Assembly: GCA_029907705.1 (NCBI GenBank)
Contig: JARYLJ010000004.1
Coordinates: 4,893 to 68,892 of the forward strand
Origin: Methanomicrobiales archaeon
GTDB lineage: Archaea > Halobacteriota > Methanomicrobia > Methanomicrobiales > JACTUA01
DNA: 64,000 nt
Direction of reading: 5' to 3'
This document shows positions 42,130-51,706 of the stretch, one piece after another. The position numbers and the translations under genes were made by a program. The notes beneath the pieces were generated by a model. It was not told the DNA's origin, ran no database searches, and worked only from the letters and a program-made list of their open reading frames with translations. Numbering within the stretch: position 1 is the first letter of the stretch; every line of letters starts with the position of its first letter.

Positions 42130-42525
42130 TCAAACAAACGGCTCGCCTTTCTTTTCATCCCTGCATTTCTGCATGAACTCATCGATCCTGGCGATCGTCT
42201 CCTCGCTGATATGGTGCTCGATCTGGCATGCATCCCTCTCGGCGCGTTCAGGGCTGACCCCGATGGATTGAAAGAAGGAAGCGAGCAGTGCATGCCTCAT
42301 CGAGAGGCGTTCCGCAATCCGCTGCCCTTTCTGCGATAGCCTGACCCCTGCGTGCGGTTCGTAGAAGACAAGGCCTTCGCGTTCGAGCTTCTTCAGCATC
42401 TCGGTGATGGAGGGGGGGCTCACACCGAGCGTGGCGGCTATCATGCCGGTCGAAGCCTTTCCACCCTCATTCAGCTGTATCCTGAATATCGCCTCGATGT
42501 ACTCCTCGGCGGTCTTCCTGCGCAC
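42130..42525 (-). CDS. DtxR/MntR-family metal-dependent repressor
   Basis: EEYIEAI, IAATLGVSPPSITEMLKKL, RH.LL..F, DACQIEH.IS. Confidence 0.93.
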   Translation of the reverse strand: MRRKTAEEYIEAIFRIQLNEGGKASTGMIAATLGVSPPSITEMLKKLEREGLVFYEPHAGVRLSQKGQRIAERLSMRHALLASFFQSIGVSPERAERDACQIEHHISEETIARIDEFMQKCRDEKKGEPFV

Positions 42526-42528
42526 TCC

Positions 42529-44247
42529 CTACACCCCCAGCAGTATGACCCTCATGGCACCACCGACCAGAGTGGCGGTGACGACCATGATGAGGAGTGT
42601 TATGGCAAGATCACGGGGCCCCAGCTCCTTCAGGAGCACGGCGAAGGTGGCGACACAGGGGAAATTGAGCGTGAGGACGGTGACCGCGATGACCAGCTGC
42701 AGGGGCGCCATACCGAGGGGGATGAGCATCCCGACCGCGAGGTCCTTGCGCAGGAACCCCATCATCAGTGCGATGGTCGCCTCCGGCACCAGTCCGAGCC
42801 ACCCCGCGAAGAACGGAGCAAAGATCATCCCTATAATTGCGAGAAGGCCGCTGAAGTACAGGAGGTTCACGATCAGGATGCCGGCAAAGAGAAAGGGGAT
42901 CGCCTCAAGGACGAAGCCCCGCACCCTCATCAGCGTTTTTCTGAAGAGAACCGCGCCACGCGGCATCCTGTAGGGCGGGATCTCGAGGAGGAGTTCCGGG
43001 CTCTCGCCCGGCACCACGCGCTTCAGGATCAACCCCAGGACGAGAAAGACTCCGATCAGTGTCGCATACACGAGCACGACATACTGCAGCCCCTGTGCAC
43101 CGAGGACACCGAAGATCATCGCCGTCTGGGCAGTGCAGGGGGTTGTGACCGATATGAGGGTGGCGGCGATCAGGCGCTGCTTTTTCGTCTCCAGCATACG
43201 ACTGGCAAGCACCCCCGGCACATTGCAGCCCAGACCGAGGAAGCAGGGAATGATCGCGTGACCGTGCATCCCCAGCCTGTGGAAGAGGGTATCCGCCAGG
43301 GTGGCAAGGCGCGGGAGGTAGCCCAAGTCCTCCAGCAGAGCGAGCACGGTGTAGAATGTGACGATGTAGGGCAGCACGATGGCGAAGGGGACATAGAGGC
43401 CGGTGGTGAGCATGCCCATCGACTCCTCCCAAACGATCTCCCCATCGAACAGCCTCCCGATCAGCAGGTCCCTGATCAGGCCCGGTCCCAGCTGCCCTGC
43501 CAGCGATCCGAGCACGGACTGGAGGACGCCGAAGATCGGATCCAGTACGAAGAAACGGATCGCCTCTCCTCCCGCCCACACGGCCGCGAACGAGGCGAGC
43601 AGGACCAGCACCCCGATCGGGATGCCTGTGATGGGATGGATGGTCGCATCCGAAATCCTCTCCCGGACCGTATGGTGGCGGTGGGTGAGTGTGAGCACAT
43701 CGCCGGTGATCGCGCCGATCCTGACCCACTTCTCCTCGTCGCTCAGCTCCACAGTCCTTTCAGGTGGCGATGCATGAGAAACTGCCTCCACCAGTTCCTT
43801 GATCCCCTCTCCGGTCAGGGCGACGGTGGGGATGATCGGGACACCGAGCTGTGCTCGCAGTCTCTCGAGGTCGATCTGTATCCCGGTGTGGCGTGCCTCG
43901 TCCCACATATTGAGCGCAATGACGAGGGGTTTGTTCTTCTCGAGCAATTCCAGCGTGAGGAGCAGGTTGCGCTCCAGTGTGGTCGCATCGATCACCTGGA
44001 TGATGAGATCCGCCTCTTCCACCATCCTGACCGCGATCTCCTCCGCGCGGTTTGTCGCGTTCAGCGAATATGTTCCGGGTGCATCGACGAGGATCAGGTC
44101 CTCCTCACCCACGCGTATACGCCCCTGCGTGAACTCCACCGTCGTGCCGGGATAGTTCGAAGAGATGACATTTGCACCCGTGAGGCGCGAGAAGATCACG
44201 CTCTTCCCCACGTTGGGATTGCCCATCAGGACAACCTTCCTCATCAC
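42529..44247 (-). CDS. feoB: Ferrous iron transport protein B
   Basis: GNPNVGKS, NYPGTTVE, DAPG.YSL, NMWD, LED.GYLPR, GLGCNVP, EIPPYR.P, PCVAT. Confidence 0.96.
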   Translation of the reverse strand: MMRKVVLMGNPNVGKSVIFSRLTGANVISSNYPGTTVEFTQGRIRVGEEDLILVDAPGTYSLNATNRAEEIAVRMVEEADLIIQVIDATTLERNLLLTLELLEKNKPLVIALNMWDEARHTGIQIDLERLRAQLGVPIIPTVALTGEGIKELVEAVSHASPPERTVELSDEEKWVRIGAITGDVLTLTHRHHTVRERISDATIHPITGIPIGVLVLLASFAAVWAGGEAIRFFVLDPIFGVLQSVLGSLAGQLGPGLIRDLLIGRLFDGEIVWEESMGMLTTGLYVPFAIVLPYIVTFYTVLALLEDLGYLPRLATLADTLFHRLGMHGHAIIPCFLGLGCNVPGVLASRMLETKKQRLIAATLISVTTPCTAQTAMIFGVLGAQGLQYVVLVYATLIGVFLVLGLILKRVVPGESPELLLEIPPYRMPRGAVLFRKTLMRVRGFVLEAIPFLFAGILIVNLLYFSGLLAIIGMIFAPFFAGWLGLVPEATIALMMGFLRKDLAVGMLIPLGMAPLQLVIAVTVLTLNFPCVATFAVLLKELGPRDLAITLLIMVVTATLVGGAMRVILLGV

Positions 44248-44474
44248 TTCTTCTCCACCCAGATCCTCGCCGCGATCCCCCTCCCGATGGTGATCGCTCT
44301 TCCATCGATCTCGATCACCACGGGTCCGCCGAAGGGGTGCCGGGCGACGACCGTGAGGATCTTCCCACCCCTGATGCCGAGGGCGCCCAGATGGTAGGAC
44401 ATCCCCACCCCCCCGATCACCCTTGTCACCACCCCCCTCTCTCCCTCTCCCAATTGGACCAGCGGTAGCTCCAT
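44244..44474 (-). CDS. feoA: Ferrous iron transport protein A
   Basis: L.ALGI..G, PFGGPV.I, IGRGIA.RI; stop overlaps the feoB start. Confidence 0.93.
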   Translation of the reverse strand: MELPLVQLGEGERGVVTRVIGGVGMSYHLGALGIRGGKILTVVARHPFGGPVVIEIDGRAITIGRGIAARIWVEKK

Positions 44475-44483
44475 GACGGATCT

Positions 44484-44503
44484 AATTTAGGTATACCTAA
44501 ATT
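44484..44503. promoter_or_regulatory. DtxR-type operator
   Basis: Perfect 20-bp palindrome AATTTAGGTATACCTAAATT 10 nt upstream of feoA; TTAGG-N4-CCTAA resembles DtxR/IdeR/MntR boxes. Confidence 0.8.
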
Positions 44504-44679
44504 TTTAATGACGATGATATTTAACTTGTGGTCTAAAAGGCCCAAAAAGAAAGAACAGTGGCGAATTTGTCACAAACAAAGAAAGAACTGCGCTGATCGA
44601 GATGGAGAGCGCAGCCGGCCCGGCACGAAAGTGGCAGTCCCCCCCGGCGGAAACACCATACTCGAGGAGACGAACACGC

Positions 44680-45636
44680 TCATCGCGGCTTTTCCGTTCG
44701 CCTCTCCCGGAGGCAGTAGAAGACCCCGTCGCCCACAGACCTCGCCTCCACCACTCCCTCATCGCAAAGGCCGTCCAGCAGCTTCGCCACCTCCCCTTCA
44801 TGAAGCCCGGTGATGCGGACGAGATCCTCGATGGTGCACGGCCTGCGGAGCAGCGTCTCCCTGATCGTGTCACCTGCACACGATGCACGTTCCGCACGGT
44901 GAGGCCGCGTTGCCCTCGTCAGAATATCGATCGGTTCGAAATCCAGGATACTCTTCGCTTCCGCCATCTCATCCATTGATGCCGGGTGGACCCATGCCTC
45001 CGCGCACGGCCGGTCGAGGGTGTTCAGCTGGACCCGGTCGGGAGATATCCGCGCGATCGCGCTCTGCAACCCCTCCAGTTCTTCTCGCGAGGTGTTCAGC
45101 GGAGGCACGAGGAACACCTCCAGCCATATCTCCCCACCGAACTCCCTGCGAAAGAGAACGAGTCCCTCCAGAATCTTTTCAAGGGAGAGTGCCGGATGCG
45201 GCCGATGTATCCTCCTGAATGTCTCTGCGTTCACCGTCGTCAGCGTGGGCAGGACGAGATCGGCTCTGCTGATCTCTTCTCTCACCCTCTGCTGCCATAA
45301 GAGGCTTCCATTCGTCAGCACTGCCGCGGGATACTGTGGGTGCTGTACGTCCAGATATTCGAGGACCTTCCCTATCGCCGTGGAGAGCGTGGGTTCACCG
45401 GAGCCCGAGAAGGTGATCCGGTCCATATATGGGGGGTGAGCCAGGAGATCCTCAAGCTCGGGTATCACATCTTCCGCTCTGATGTACTCCCGCCGGTTCA
45501 GGGTGAGGCTGGTGGTCGGGCCGCATTCGCAGTACACACAATTGAACGTGCAGGTCTTGAAGGGGAGGAGATCCACTCCAAGGGAAAAACCAAGGCGTCT
45601 GGAGGCGACCGGACCGAAGAGGTGTCTGTATGGCAT
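44680..45636 (-). CDS. Radical SAM Fe-S oxidoreductase (COG0731-like)
   Basis: FGPV.SRRLG.SLG.D, CTFNCVYC, FSGSGEPTL, LTNGSLL, QLNTLDRP, C-terminal HTH-like RRPCT..DL. Start ATG 45636. Confidence 0.88.
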   Translation of the reverse strand: MPYRHLFGPVASRRLGFSLGVDLLPFKTCTFNCVYCECGPTTSLTLNRREYIRAEDVIPELEDLLAHPPYMDRITFSGSGEPTLSTAIGKVLEYLDVQHPQYPAAVLTNGSLLWQQRVREEISRADLVLPTLTTVNAETFRRIHRPHPALSLEKILEGLVLFRREFGGEIWLEVFLVPPLNTSREELEGLQSAIARISPDRVQLNTLDRPCAEAWVHPASMDEMAEAKSILDFEPIDILTRATRPHRAERASCAGDTIRETLLRRPCTIEDLVRITGLHEGEVAKLLDGLCDEGVVEARSVGDGVFYCLRERRTEKPR

Positions 45637-45893
45637 GCGCGCAACTTCCTGCACATCATTCAGGATTCGATGGGTATTTTCATATACTTCAGCGAGTGTG
45701 GATAATACTACTGCCTGAAGGCCCGAGAGGTGTGAGTGGCCCCATTCCCTGCCACCGGTTCTGGTTAAAGTCCGAATCGATGCAACACCTGATCGACCTG
45801 AAGGGGCATCTGAAAATCTTTCAACCTTGTTATCACCCCGTCGCACAGGGTATTACAGTTTTTATATCAATCTGCTGGAGCAGGTGCATGTAT

Positions 45894-47063
45894 CTACCTC
45901 ATAACGATCTTACTCACGATGTTCATGATGGACGATTTTTTGTAACCTTTCCCTCTCTTCTGCATGGACGACATCTGAAAGGGCGAAGGGATCATACAGG
46001 ACGAGTACATTTCCCCGTCAATTCGATTCGTGATCTCGTCCAGAACATGTCGGTATGCAATACAGTGGGGATCGATCCCGTTGATCTCGCCTCCCGAAGG
46101 CGCGATCGCATTGTAGGGGCAGCCGCCACGGCAGTATCTGATATGCCTACAGCCACTGCATTCGGAGTCCACTCGTTGCTTGAAGGCCTGAAGGCGCTGG
46201 CCTGCATCAGAATTTTTAAGGTCTTCTGTACAAGGACGTGTGGAGACATGTCCCATTGTGTATTCGTCTATCCCCACAAACCGATAGCAGGGATAGATCC
46301 TCCCATCTGGTCCGACCGCATATGTGCTGTCCATGCAGTCCACAAAGGTGCAGACAGTACCCTGCCGGATCATCACGCCCTTCACCAGATCGTTAACATT
46401 CATGATCTCGATGGACTCGGGATCATCCTGGTACATGTTCAGGAGAAAGACGAGAAGATCCCCATAATCTGCCGGAGAGAGAGCCCATACTGCCGGATCG
46501 TGGCTCCGCAATGAGGGAAGCGCTGGGTGAATCTTCATATTCCATCCTTTTTCCCTGAAGAATGCAACGATCTCCTCCCTGAATGCGTAAGAGCCGGCGG
46601 TAAAGGTGCAGATGAAACTCACCGCGAGGTCGTGCTCCCTTGCCACCTCGTATCCGCGCATCGTCCTGTCGAAATACCCTTTCCCCCGCTGTTGATCGTT
46701 AATCTCTCTGGGGCCATCGAGGCTGGAACCGATGGGAATATGGTACTCCGCGAGAATATCCGCGATCTCGGGCGTCATCAGCCAGAGGTTTGACTGGAGG
46801 GCGAAAGTCGGATGCAGGTGGGAAAGCCCCTCGGCGAGGAGCGGTAGCGCCTCCCTGAAGTACTCTGCACCAGCAAGGAGTGGCTCACCCCCGTGGAAGG
46901 TGATGGTGACCTGATCATTCCGGAAGTCTCTGAGCCACTCCACGATCTCCCTGATGGTGTCGATGGTCATGACAGGTGACTTCGCGTCCGAACTCCAACA
47001 GTAGCTGCAGCGTGAAGGGCATCCGAGGGTGGGAATGATCATGATGTGAAAGGGGCTCTTCAT
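45894..47063 (-). CDS. Radical SAM/SPASM enzyme, methanogen peptide-modifying type (TIGR04083-like)
   Basis: FHIMIIPTLGCPSRCSYC, FHGGEPLL, QSNLW, SSLDGP, SPASM Cys set CTFVDC..IYPC..CSGC....CRGGC..C. Confidence 0.88.
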   Translation of the reverse strand: MKSPFHIMIIPTLGCPSRCSYCWSSDAKSPVMTIDTIREIVEWLRDFRNDQVTITFHGGEPLLAGAEYFREALPLLAEGLSHLHPTFALQSNLWLMTPEIADILAEYHIPIGSSLDGPREINDQQRGKGYFDRTMRGYEVAREHDLAVSFICTFTAGSYAFREEIVAFFREKGWNMKIHPALPSLRSHDPAVWALSPADYGDLLVFLLNMYQDDPESIEIMNVNDLVKGVMIRQGTVCTFVDCMDSTYAVGPDGRIYPCYRFVGIDEYTMGHVSTRPCTEDLKNSDAGQRLQAFKQRVDSECSGCRHIRYCRGGCPYNAIAPSGGEINGIDPHCIAYRHVLDEITNRIDGEMYSSCMIPSPFQMSSMQKRGKGYKKSSIMNIVSKIVMR

Positions 47064-47367
47064 TGAGGAATGATTGTCCTTTGCATATGGTAAAATTAAT
47101 GTTTTTGCTCAGGCAGATGCGCATTCTGGCTCTTCTGAAATGGTTCATTCACTTCTAAAAAGCAGAATAAAGTCAGTGCAGGATTCTGTGACGATCCTCA
47201 GGATCTGTCGATAAATCTCTGTATTTCAGACGTGGAGGAATGTGATTTGGAACGTGATGAACAATGAACCTGAGTTCTGAGCCGCACCATCGCATGATTA
47301 CCAATACCGCCCTCCTCATTAATTCTAGTCAATTTTTTGTCATCAGGAGATAATCCTGAAATGAAGG

Positions 47368-47607
47368 TTACGCAATATTCATGAAGGGTAAAACCCTCCT
47401 GTGTAGACTGTTCGTTCGGAAGGGTATGTCGATCACCGACATGATCACAGGTGATCGCTTGGTCATCTCTTCGATCGACTGCAAAACCCGGGAGAATGTG
47501 AGCATCAATTGTTCGATATTGCGGCCAGCATCTACCGTTCTGGATTGAGAGGGCTTCAGAATGACGTTTTTTATCGATGATGGATAATCACGTTCCAGGA
47601 TATTCAA
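47368..47607 (-). pseudogene. Possible degenerate methyl-accepting chemotaxis protein fragment
   Basis: SIEEMTKRSPVIMSVIDIPFRTNSL resembles the MCP core (I..VI..IA.QTNLL) but diverges immediately after. Confidence 0.3.
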
Positions 47608-47807
47608 AGGGCAGGTCAGGTATTGCAGGCAGCACCGTCATGGGGTGGAATATATCTCGCCTGAAAAATGAGAAGCTGCACCTGTAGATTCGGGCACAAG
47701 CTGTATGGAATATGGATCAATTTTATTTTAGTTAATGAAAAACAAAATGTTTAATTCATCATAAAACTGGCCTTTCGGTGAAAATTAAGAAATAACTGAA
47801 AGTTTTT

Positions 47808-47822
47808 CGAAAGCCTTTATAG
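47808..47822 (+). promoter_or_regulatory. mtr operon promoter (BRE + TATA)
   Basis: CGAAAG-cc-TTTATAG about 80 nt upstream of mtrE; RBS ggagg before the ATG. Confidence 0.65.
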
Positions 47823-47898
47823 CACACAGATCAACTGTTAAATGAACCATAATGGTTTACATTTGCTCTCGTGCATCTGCACGCAGGGAGGATGCTGA

Positions 47899-48798
47899 AT
47901 GGAACATGTAGTGTTTGGCATCGGTGTAACTGCACTCGCAGGGACCCTTGCAGCCGTTGCCGGCGCTGCAGAGAACACAGAATCTGATATCGGGTCACAG
48001 GGAGATCCGAACTCTCAGGTTCAGCTCGCTCCGCAGATGGGGTACATTCACCGTATTTTCAACAAAGCGATCGCCGGTGAACCCCCTGCGTACGGGCTCT
48101 GGTGTGCTCTGGGCGCAGGCCTTGCAATGGGATTCATGCTCTTGCAGTACAATCCAGTTCTTGCAATTATCCTTGGTTCAGCGCTTACAGTCCTCGTACA
48201 GGGGGTGTATGCGACCACTGCCTACCTCGGCAGGATTGCAAGTCTGAGTAAGTTTGGACAGCCGGTGTACGTCGATATCCTGAAGTCGATGACCACCGTG
48301 ACCATGGCACATGCGTTCATCGCCATATTCACCACCGTCGCGATCTGTTATCTGATGAATGCCGCCCTCGGACACCCGTTCCCGCTACCGCTTCTCGGCC
48401 TCGTATGGGGTATCGCGCTGGGTGCCGCAGGGTCCGCGACGGGCAACCCGTTCTACGGGAAGGAGAGGCAGTACCAGCTGCAGAAGTTCGGCGCCGGTGT
48501 GCCCATCGCCGCGTCTGGCAACATCGTTCGCTACGCAGAGGCGGGACAGCGCAACTCTCTTGACAATGGCTGGTTCTCCGCGAAACTCGGAGGCCCTGCC
48601 TCGGGTATCTGCTTCGGCCTGATCGTCTTTCTCGAACTCTGGAGGACCGTGATCTTCGAAGGGATCGGCGCCGGTTGGGGCGCGATCATCGTCGGCATTC
48701 TGCTCATCCTCGTCTTCACAATCATCGACCGCTATATCGAGGTATGGGCGAGGAAGACCTACGGACCCTATGCAAAGCCTGAGGAGGCGAAGTCATGA
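47899..48798 (+). CDS. mtrE: H4MPT S-methyltransferase subunit E
   Basis: ESDIGSQGDPNSQVQLAPQMG..HR.FNKAI.GEP, HPFPLP, EAGQRNSLD. Confidence 0.97.
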   Translation: MEHVVFGIGVTALAGTLAAVAGAAENTESDIGSQGDPNSQVQLAPQMGYIHRIFNKAIAGEPPAYGLWCALGAGLAMGFMLLQYNPVLAIILGSALTVLVQGVYATTAYLGRIASLSKFGQPVYVDILKSMTTVTMAHAFIAIFTTVAICYLMNAALGHPFPLPLLGLVWGIALGAAGSATGNPFYGKERQYQLQKFGAGVPIAASGNIVRYAEAGQRNSLDNGWFSAKLGGPASGICFGLIVFLELWRTVIFEGIGAGWGAIIVGILLILVFTIIDRYIEVWARKTYGPYAKPEEAKS

Positions 48799-49628
48799 CC
48801 GCGATCGGCGCAAAACCAGCGGCAGGGGCGCAGATGGAGCCCGTGCCGATGGCCATAGGGCTCATTCTCACGCTCATCATCATCGCCGCCGCCTTCGTGC
48901 TCACGGGGAGCAGCATGGCGGTGGCGCTCGTCGGGATCATCGTCGGGGGTCTCCTCATCGGATTCGGTGTTCACTTCGTTCCCGTCGGTGGCGCGCCAGC
49001 CGCGATGGGGCAGGCGCCCGGTATCGCGACAGGTGTCGCCATGCTCGCTGCAGGCGCAGGGCTCGCCGGCCTCTTCGGGGGTGCGTGGGCGGCGGAACTC
49101 GGTTTCGCCGTCGCGATTGCAGGCGGTGCGATCGGCGGAGGCCTGATGATGGCGATCACCTGCATGATGGTGACACTCATCTATGTCTATGGTATGGGGA
49201 TACCCTGTGCCTCCGGCAAGGTGGCGAAGGATCCCATCTCGGGGGACACGCAGACGGAGTTCAAGTCGCAGGGCACAGAAGGCCACGGGCTCCCGTTCTC
49301 CTCGTACGTGGGCGGTGTGATCGGCGGCATCCTGGGCGGTGCCGGAGGTACGCTCATCTATCTGGAGCTGCTCCATATCTACGAAGATAAGCTCCCCGTG
49401 ATCCTGAATGCAGGCATCCCCGCCGAGGTGAAGACGGTCGCCGTATCCCTCGCCGGAATATTCGCCATCGGCATGTTCCTCGTGAACGCGGTGCTTGCTG
49501 CATACAATATCACAGGCACGACCGAAGGTCCGGCAGACCCGAAGTTCAAGCGATTCCCGCGCGATATCGTCGCATCGGCTCTCGCATCGGCGGTCTGCGG
49601 CATCGTGGCCATTATGATCGTGTTGTGA
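48795..49628 (+). CDS. mtrD: H4MPT S-methyltransferase subunit D
   Basis: VHFVPVGGAPAAM, KDPI.G, GTEGHGLP, YNI.GT.EG..DPKFKR.P. Confidence 0.97.
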   Translation: MTAIGAKPAAGAQMEPVPMAIGLILTLIIIAAAFVLTGSSMAVALVGIIVGGLLIGFGVHFVPVGGAPAAMGQAPGIATGVAMLAAGAGLAGLFGGAWAAELGFAVAIAGGAIGGGLMMAITCMMVTLIYVYGMGIPCASGKVAKDPISGDTQTEFKSQGTEGHGLPFSSYVGGVIGGILGGAGGTLIYLELLHIYEDKLPVILNAGIPAEVKTVAVSLAGIFAIGMFLVNAVLAAYNITGTTEGPADPKFKRFPRDIVASALASAVCGIVAIMIVL

Positions 49629-49637
49629 GGTGAGGAA

Positions 49638-50462
49638 ATGACAGTAAAGGTTGAAGTCAAGGCTGGCGGAATGCCCCACAACAATATCATGGCGCTGGGA
49701 TTGATCGGTTCGCTCGTATGCGTCTACCTGACGTATCTCAACCAGCTCGGCAATACGCAGGTCTTCTCGTTCTTCGGAGCGCTCGCCGTCGTATTCGCCA
49801 TCGTCTGGGGGAGCAACGCGATCAAGGTGCTCTGCAGCTATGGTATCGGCACGGGTGTGCCCTCGGCAGGGATGATGTCGCTCGGTTCGGGAGTGATCGC
49901 GATGCTCCTCGCCACGCGGTATGGTATCGCCGCACCGATCGTGGCGGTCATCGTCGCGGGCATCATAGGAGCGATTCTGGGCTACATCGCGAACAATGTC
50001 CTGTCCATGCACATCCCAGTGATGATCAGGTCGATCACCGAACTGGCCATCGTGGGTGCGCTCACCCTCATGGGATTCGCCGCACTGGCGACAGGCAGCT
50101 TCACGCTGACACCGCTGATGAGCGGAGCCGCCGGGTTTTCCAGTTCATTCATCGGTGCGAGCATCATCGCCGTCGCCTTCATGCTCGGCGGTATCGCGAT
50201 ACAGCACCCGTTCAACGCGACACTGGGACCGAACTGGGAGCAGGACAGGATGCTCATGCTCGCCGCAGAGTGTGTCTTCCTCTCGGCCGTGATGATGGCG
50301 ATCATCTCCTTCGCATTCGTTGGCATGATGGCCGCGATCATCTCGCTCATCGTGACCGTGGTGGGCTGGGTGTATACCTACATGCAGTTCATCGCACTCT
50401 CAAAGAGGGATGCGGCTGCATGGCTCGATGCGAAACCCATCGTTGAACCGGAGGTGGCCTGA
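49638..50462 (+). CDS. mtrC: H4MPT S-methyltransferase subunit C
   Basis: SYGIGTGVPS.G, M.IPVM, HPFNA.LGP. Confidence 0.97.
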   Translation: MTVKVEVKAGGMPHNNIMALGLIGSLVCVYLTYLNQLGNTQVFSFFGALAVVFAIVWGSNAIKVLCSYGIGTGVPSAGMMSLGSGVIAMLLATRYGIAAPIVAVIVAGIIGAILGYIANNVLSMHIPVMIRSITELAIVGALTLMGFAALATGSFTLTPLMSGAAGFSSSFIGASIIAVAFMLGGIAIQHPFNATLGPNWEQDRMLMLAAECVFLSAVMMAIISFAFVGMMAAIISLIVTVVGWVYTYMQFIALSKRDAAAWLDAKPIVEPEVA

Positions 50463-50464
50463 AC

Positions 50465-50749
50465 ATGGCATATGTACAGGTTCTTCCAGAGTTCGGACTC
50501 GTCTGCGATCCGCTTATCGGCATCGTCACCACGGCAGGGGTCTCGTACCAGCCGGTGATCGACAAGGTCGCCGAGCTCGAGGCGATCGCCGACGATGTCG
50601 TGGGCATGCTCGCAGGGGAAGGCAACTTCTTGGCATCGTTCCCCAACCGCGAGAAGTCGCTGGTCATCGCCGGTGGCGTCACCGCATTCTGGTACGGCCT
50701 CGCGGTCGGGCTCTTCATCGCAGGGCTCATCGTCCTGAAGATGGTGTGA
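50465..50749 (+). CDS. mtrB: H4MPT S-methyltransferase subunit B
   Basis: V.PE..L..DP..G, SFPNRE, AG..TAFWYG, C-terminal TM helix. Confidence 0.95.
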   Translation: MAYVQVLPEFGLVCDPLIGIVTTAGVSYQPVIDKVAELEAIADDVVGMLAGEGNFLASFPNREKSLVIAGGVTAFWYGLAVGLFIAGLIVLKMV

Positions 50750-50759
50750 GGTGAGAAAG

Positions 50760-51485
50760 ATGGCAGAAAAGAAACAACCGGCCAGCGGATGGCCGCTGGT
50801 GAAGGGGGACTTCCACTCGGGAGACCCGAACAATCCGATAGCCGTCGTCACGATGGGCTCTCACCTCGACGAGGAGGGCATCTGCAAGGCAGGTGCCGCC
50901 ATTGCAGGTTCCTGCAAGACCGAGAACCTCGGTCTCGAGAAGGTGATTGCGAACATCATTGCGAACCCGAACATACGGTTCATGCTCTGCTGCGGCACCG
51001 AGGTGAAGGGGCACCTCTCGGGCCAGACCATGAAGGCGCTGCACAAGAACGGCGTGAAGGAGGGCAGGGTCGTCGGTGCGGAGGGAGCGATCCCGTTCAT
51101 CGAGAACCTGAAGGAGGATGCGATCAAGCGCTTCCAGGAGCAGGTGGAGCTGGTCGACATCATGGAGACCGAGGACATGGGCAAGATCAAGGCGAAGATC
51201 GACGAGCTGAAGGCTCGTGATCCGGGCGCCTTCAAGGCAGATCCCATGGTGGTCGAGGTCAAGGAGGCAGCCGCCGGCGCCGGAGAGGAGGCCGCGGGTG
51301 AAGTGGTCCCGCTCTCGGGCGAGCTCGCTCTCATCCATGCGCGGATGAAGGTCATCGAGCGCATGGTCACCGACATTGGCTATCGCGACAGATTCGCCGC
51401 AGGGGTATATTCAGGCAAGATCGAGGGGATCATGATCGGGCTGATCGTCTCCTTTGTCCTGCTGGGGTTAATTATCATGGGGTGA
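50760..51485 (+). CDS. mtrA: H4MPT S-methyltransferase subunit A
   Basis: [37 protein letters not shown]-terminal [10 protein letters not shown] anchor. Confidence 0.97.
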   Translation: MAEKKQPASGWPLVKGDFHSGDPNNPIAVVTMGSHLDEEGICKAGAAIAGSCKTENLGLEKVIANIIANPNIRFMLCCGTEVKGHLSGQTMKALHKNGVKEGRVVGAEGAIPFIENLKEDAIKRFQEQVELVDIMETEDMGKIKAKIDELKARDPGAFKADPMVVEVKEAAAGAGEEAAGEVVPLSGELALIHARMKVIERMVTDIGYRDRFAAGVYSGKIEGIMIGLIVSFVLLGLIIMG

Positions 51486-51492
51486 ACGAGAG

Positions 51493-51696
51493 ATGGCAGA
51501 AGAAGGACAACAGGTGGCGGGCGCCGTACGGATGACCGAGATCAACGCGATGGTGGAGAACATCAGGGTGAAGGCGCAGCTGATCGCCCGTGCGAACAAG
51601 TACGACTCCGGCATCATCGCATCCGGAATACCCGGCTTTGCAGCGGGATTCGTCATCGCATTGCTGATCATTCTGGTGCCCGTGCTCTTCCTGTGA
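51493..51696 (+). CDS. mtrF: H4MPT S-methyltransferase subunit F
   Basis: VENIR.KAQLIAR..K..SG followed by a TM helix. Confidence 0.93.
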   Translation: MAEEGQQVAGAVRMTEINAMVENIRVKAQLIARANKYDSGIIASGIPGFAAGFVIALLIILVPVLFL

Positions 51697-51706
51697 GGTG
51701 AGAAAG

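Noticed and set aside
42352-44397. 681-aa plus-strand ORF and similar long antisense ORFs (e.g. 35682..37364, 32864..34498, 17123..18688)
   Set aside because: Shadow frames opposite well-supported genes, expected in GC-rich DNA with biased codon usage.
45833-45889. 18-codon ORF MHLLQQIDIKTVIPCATG as precursor peptide for the SPASM enzyme
   Set aside because: Single Cys, no RBS, and it overlaps a TATA-like element; insufficient support.
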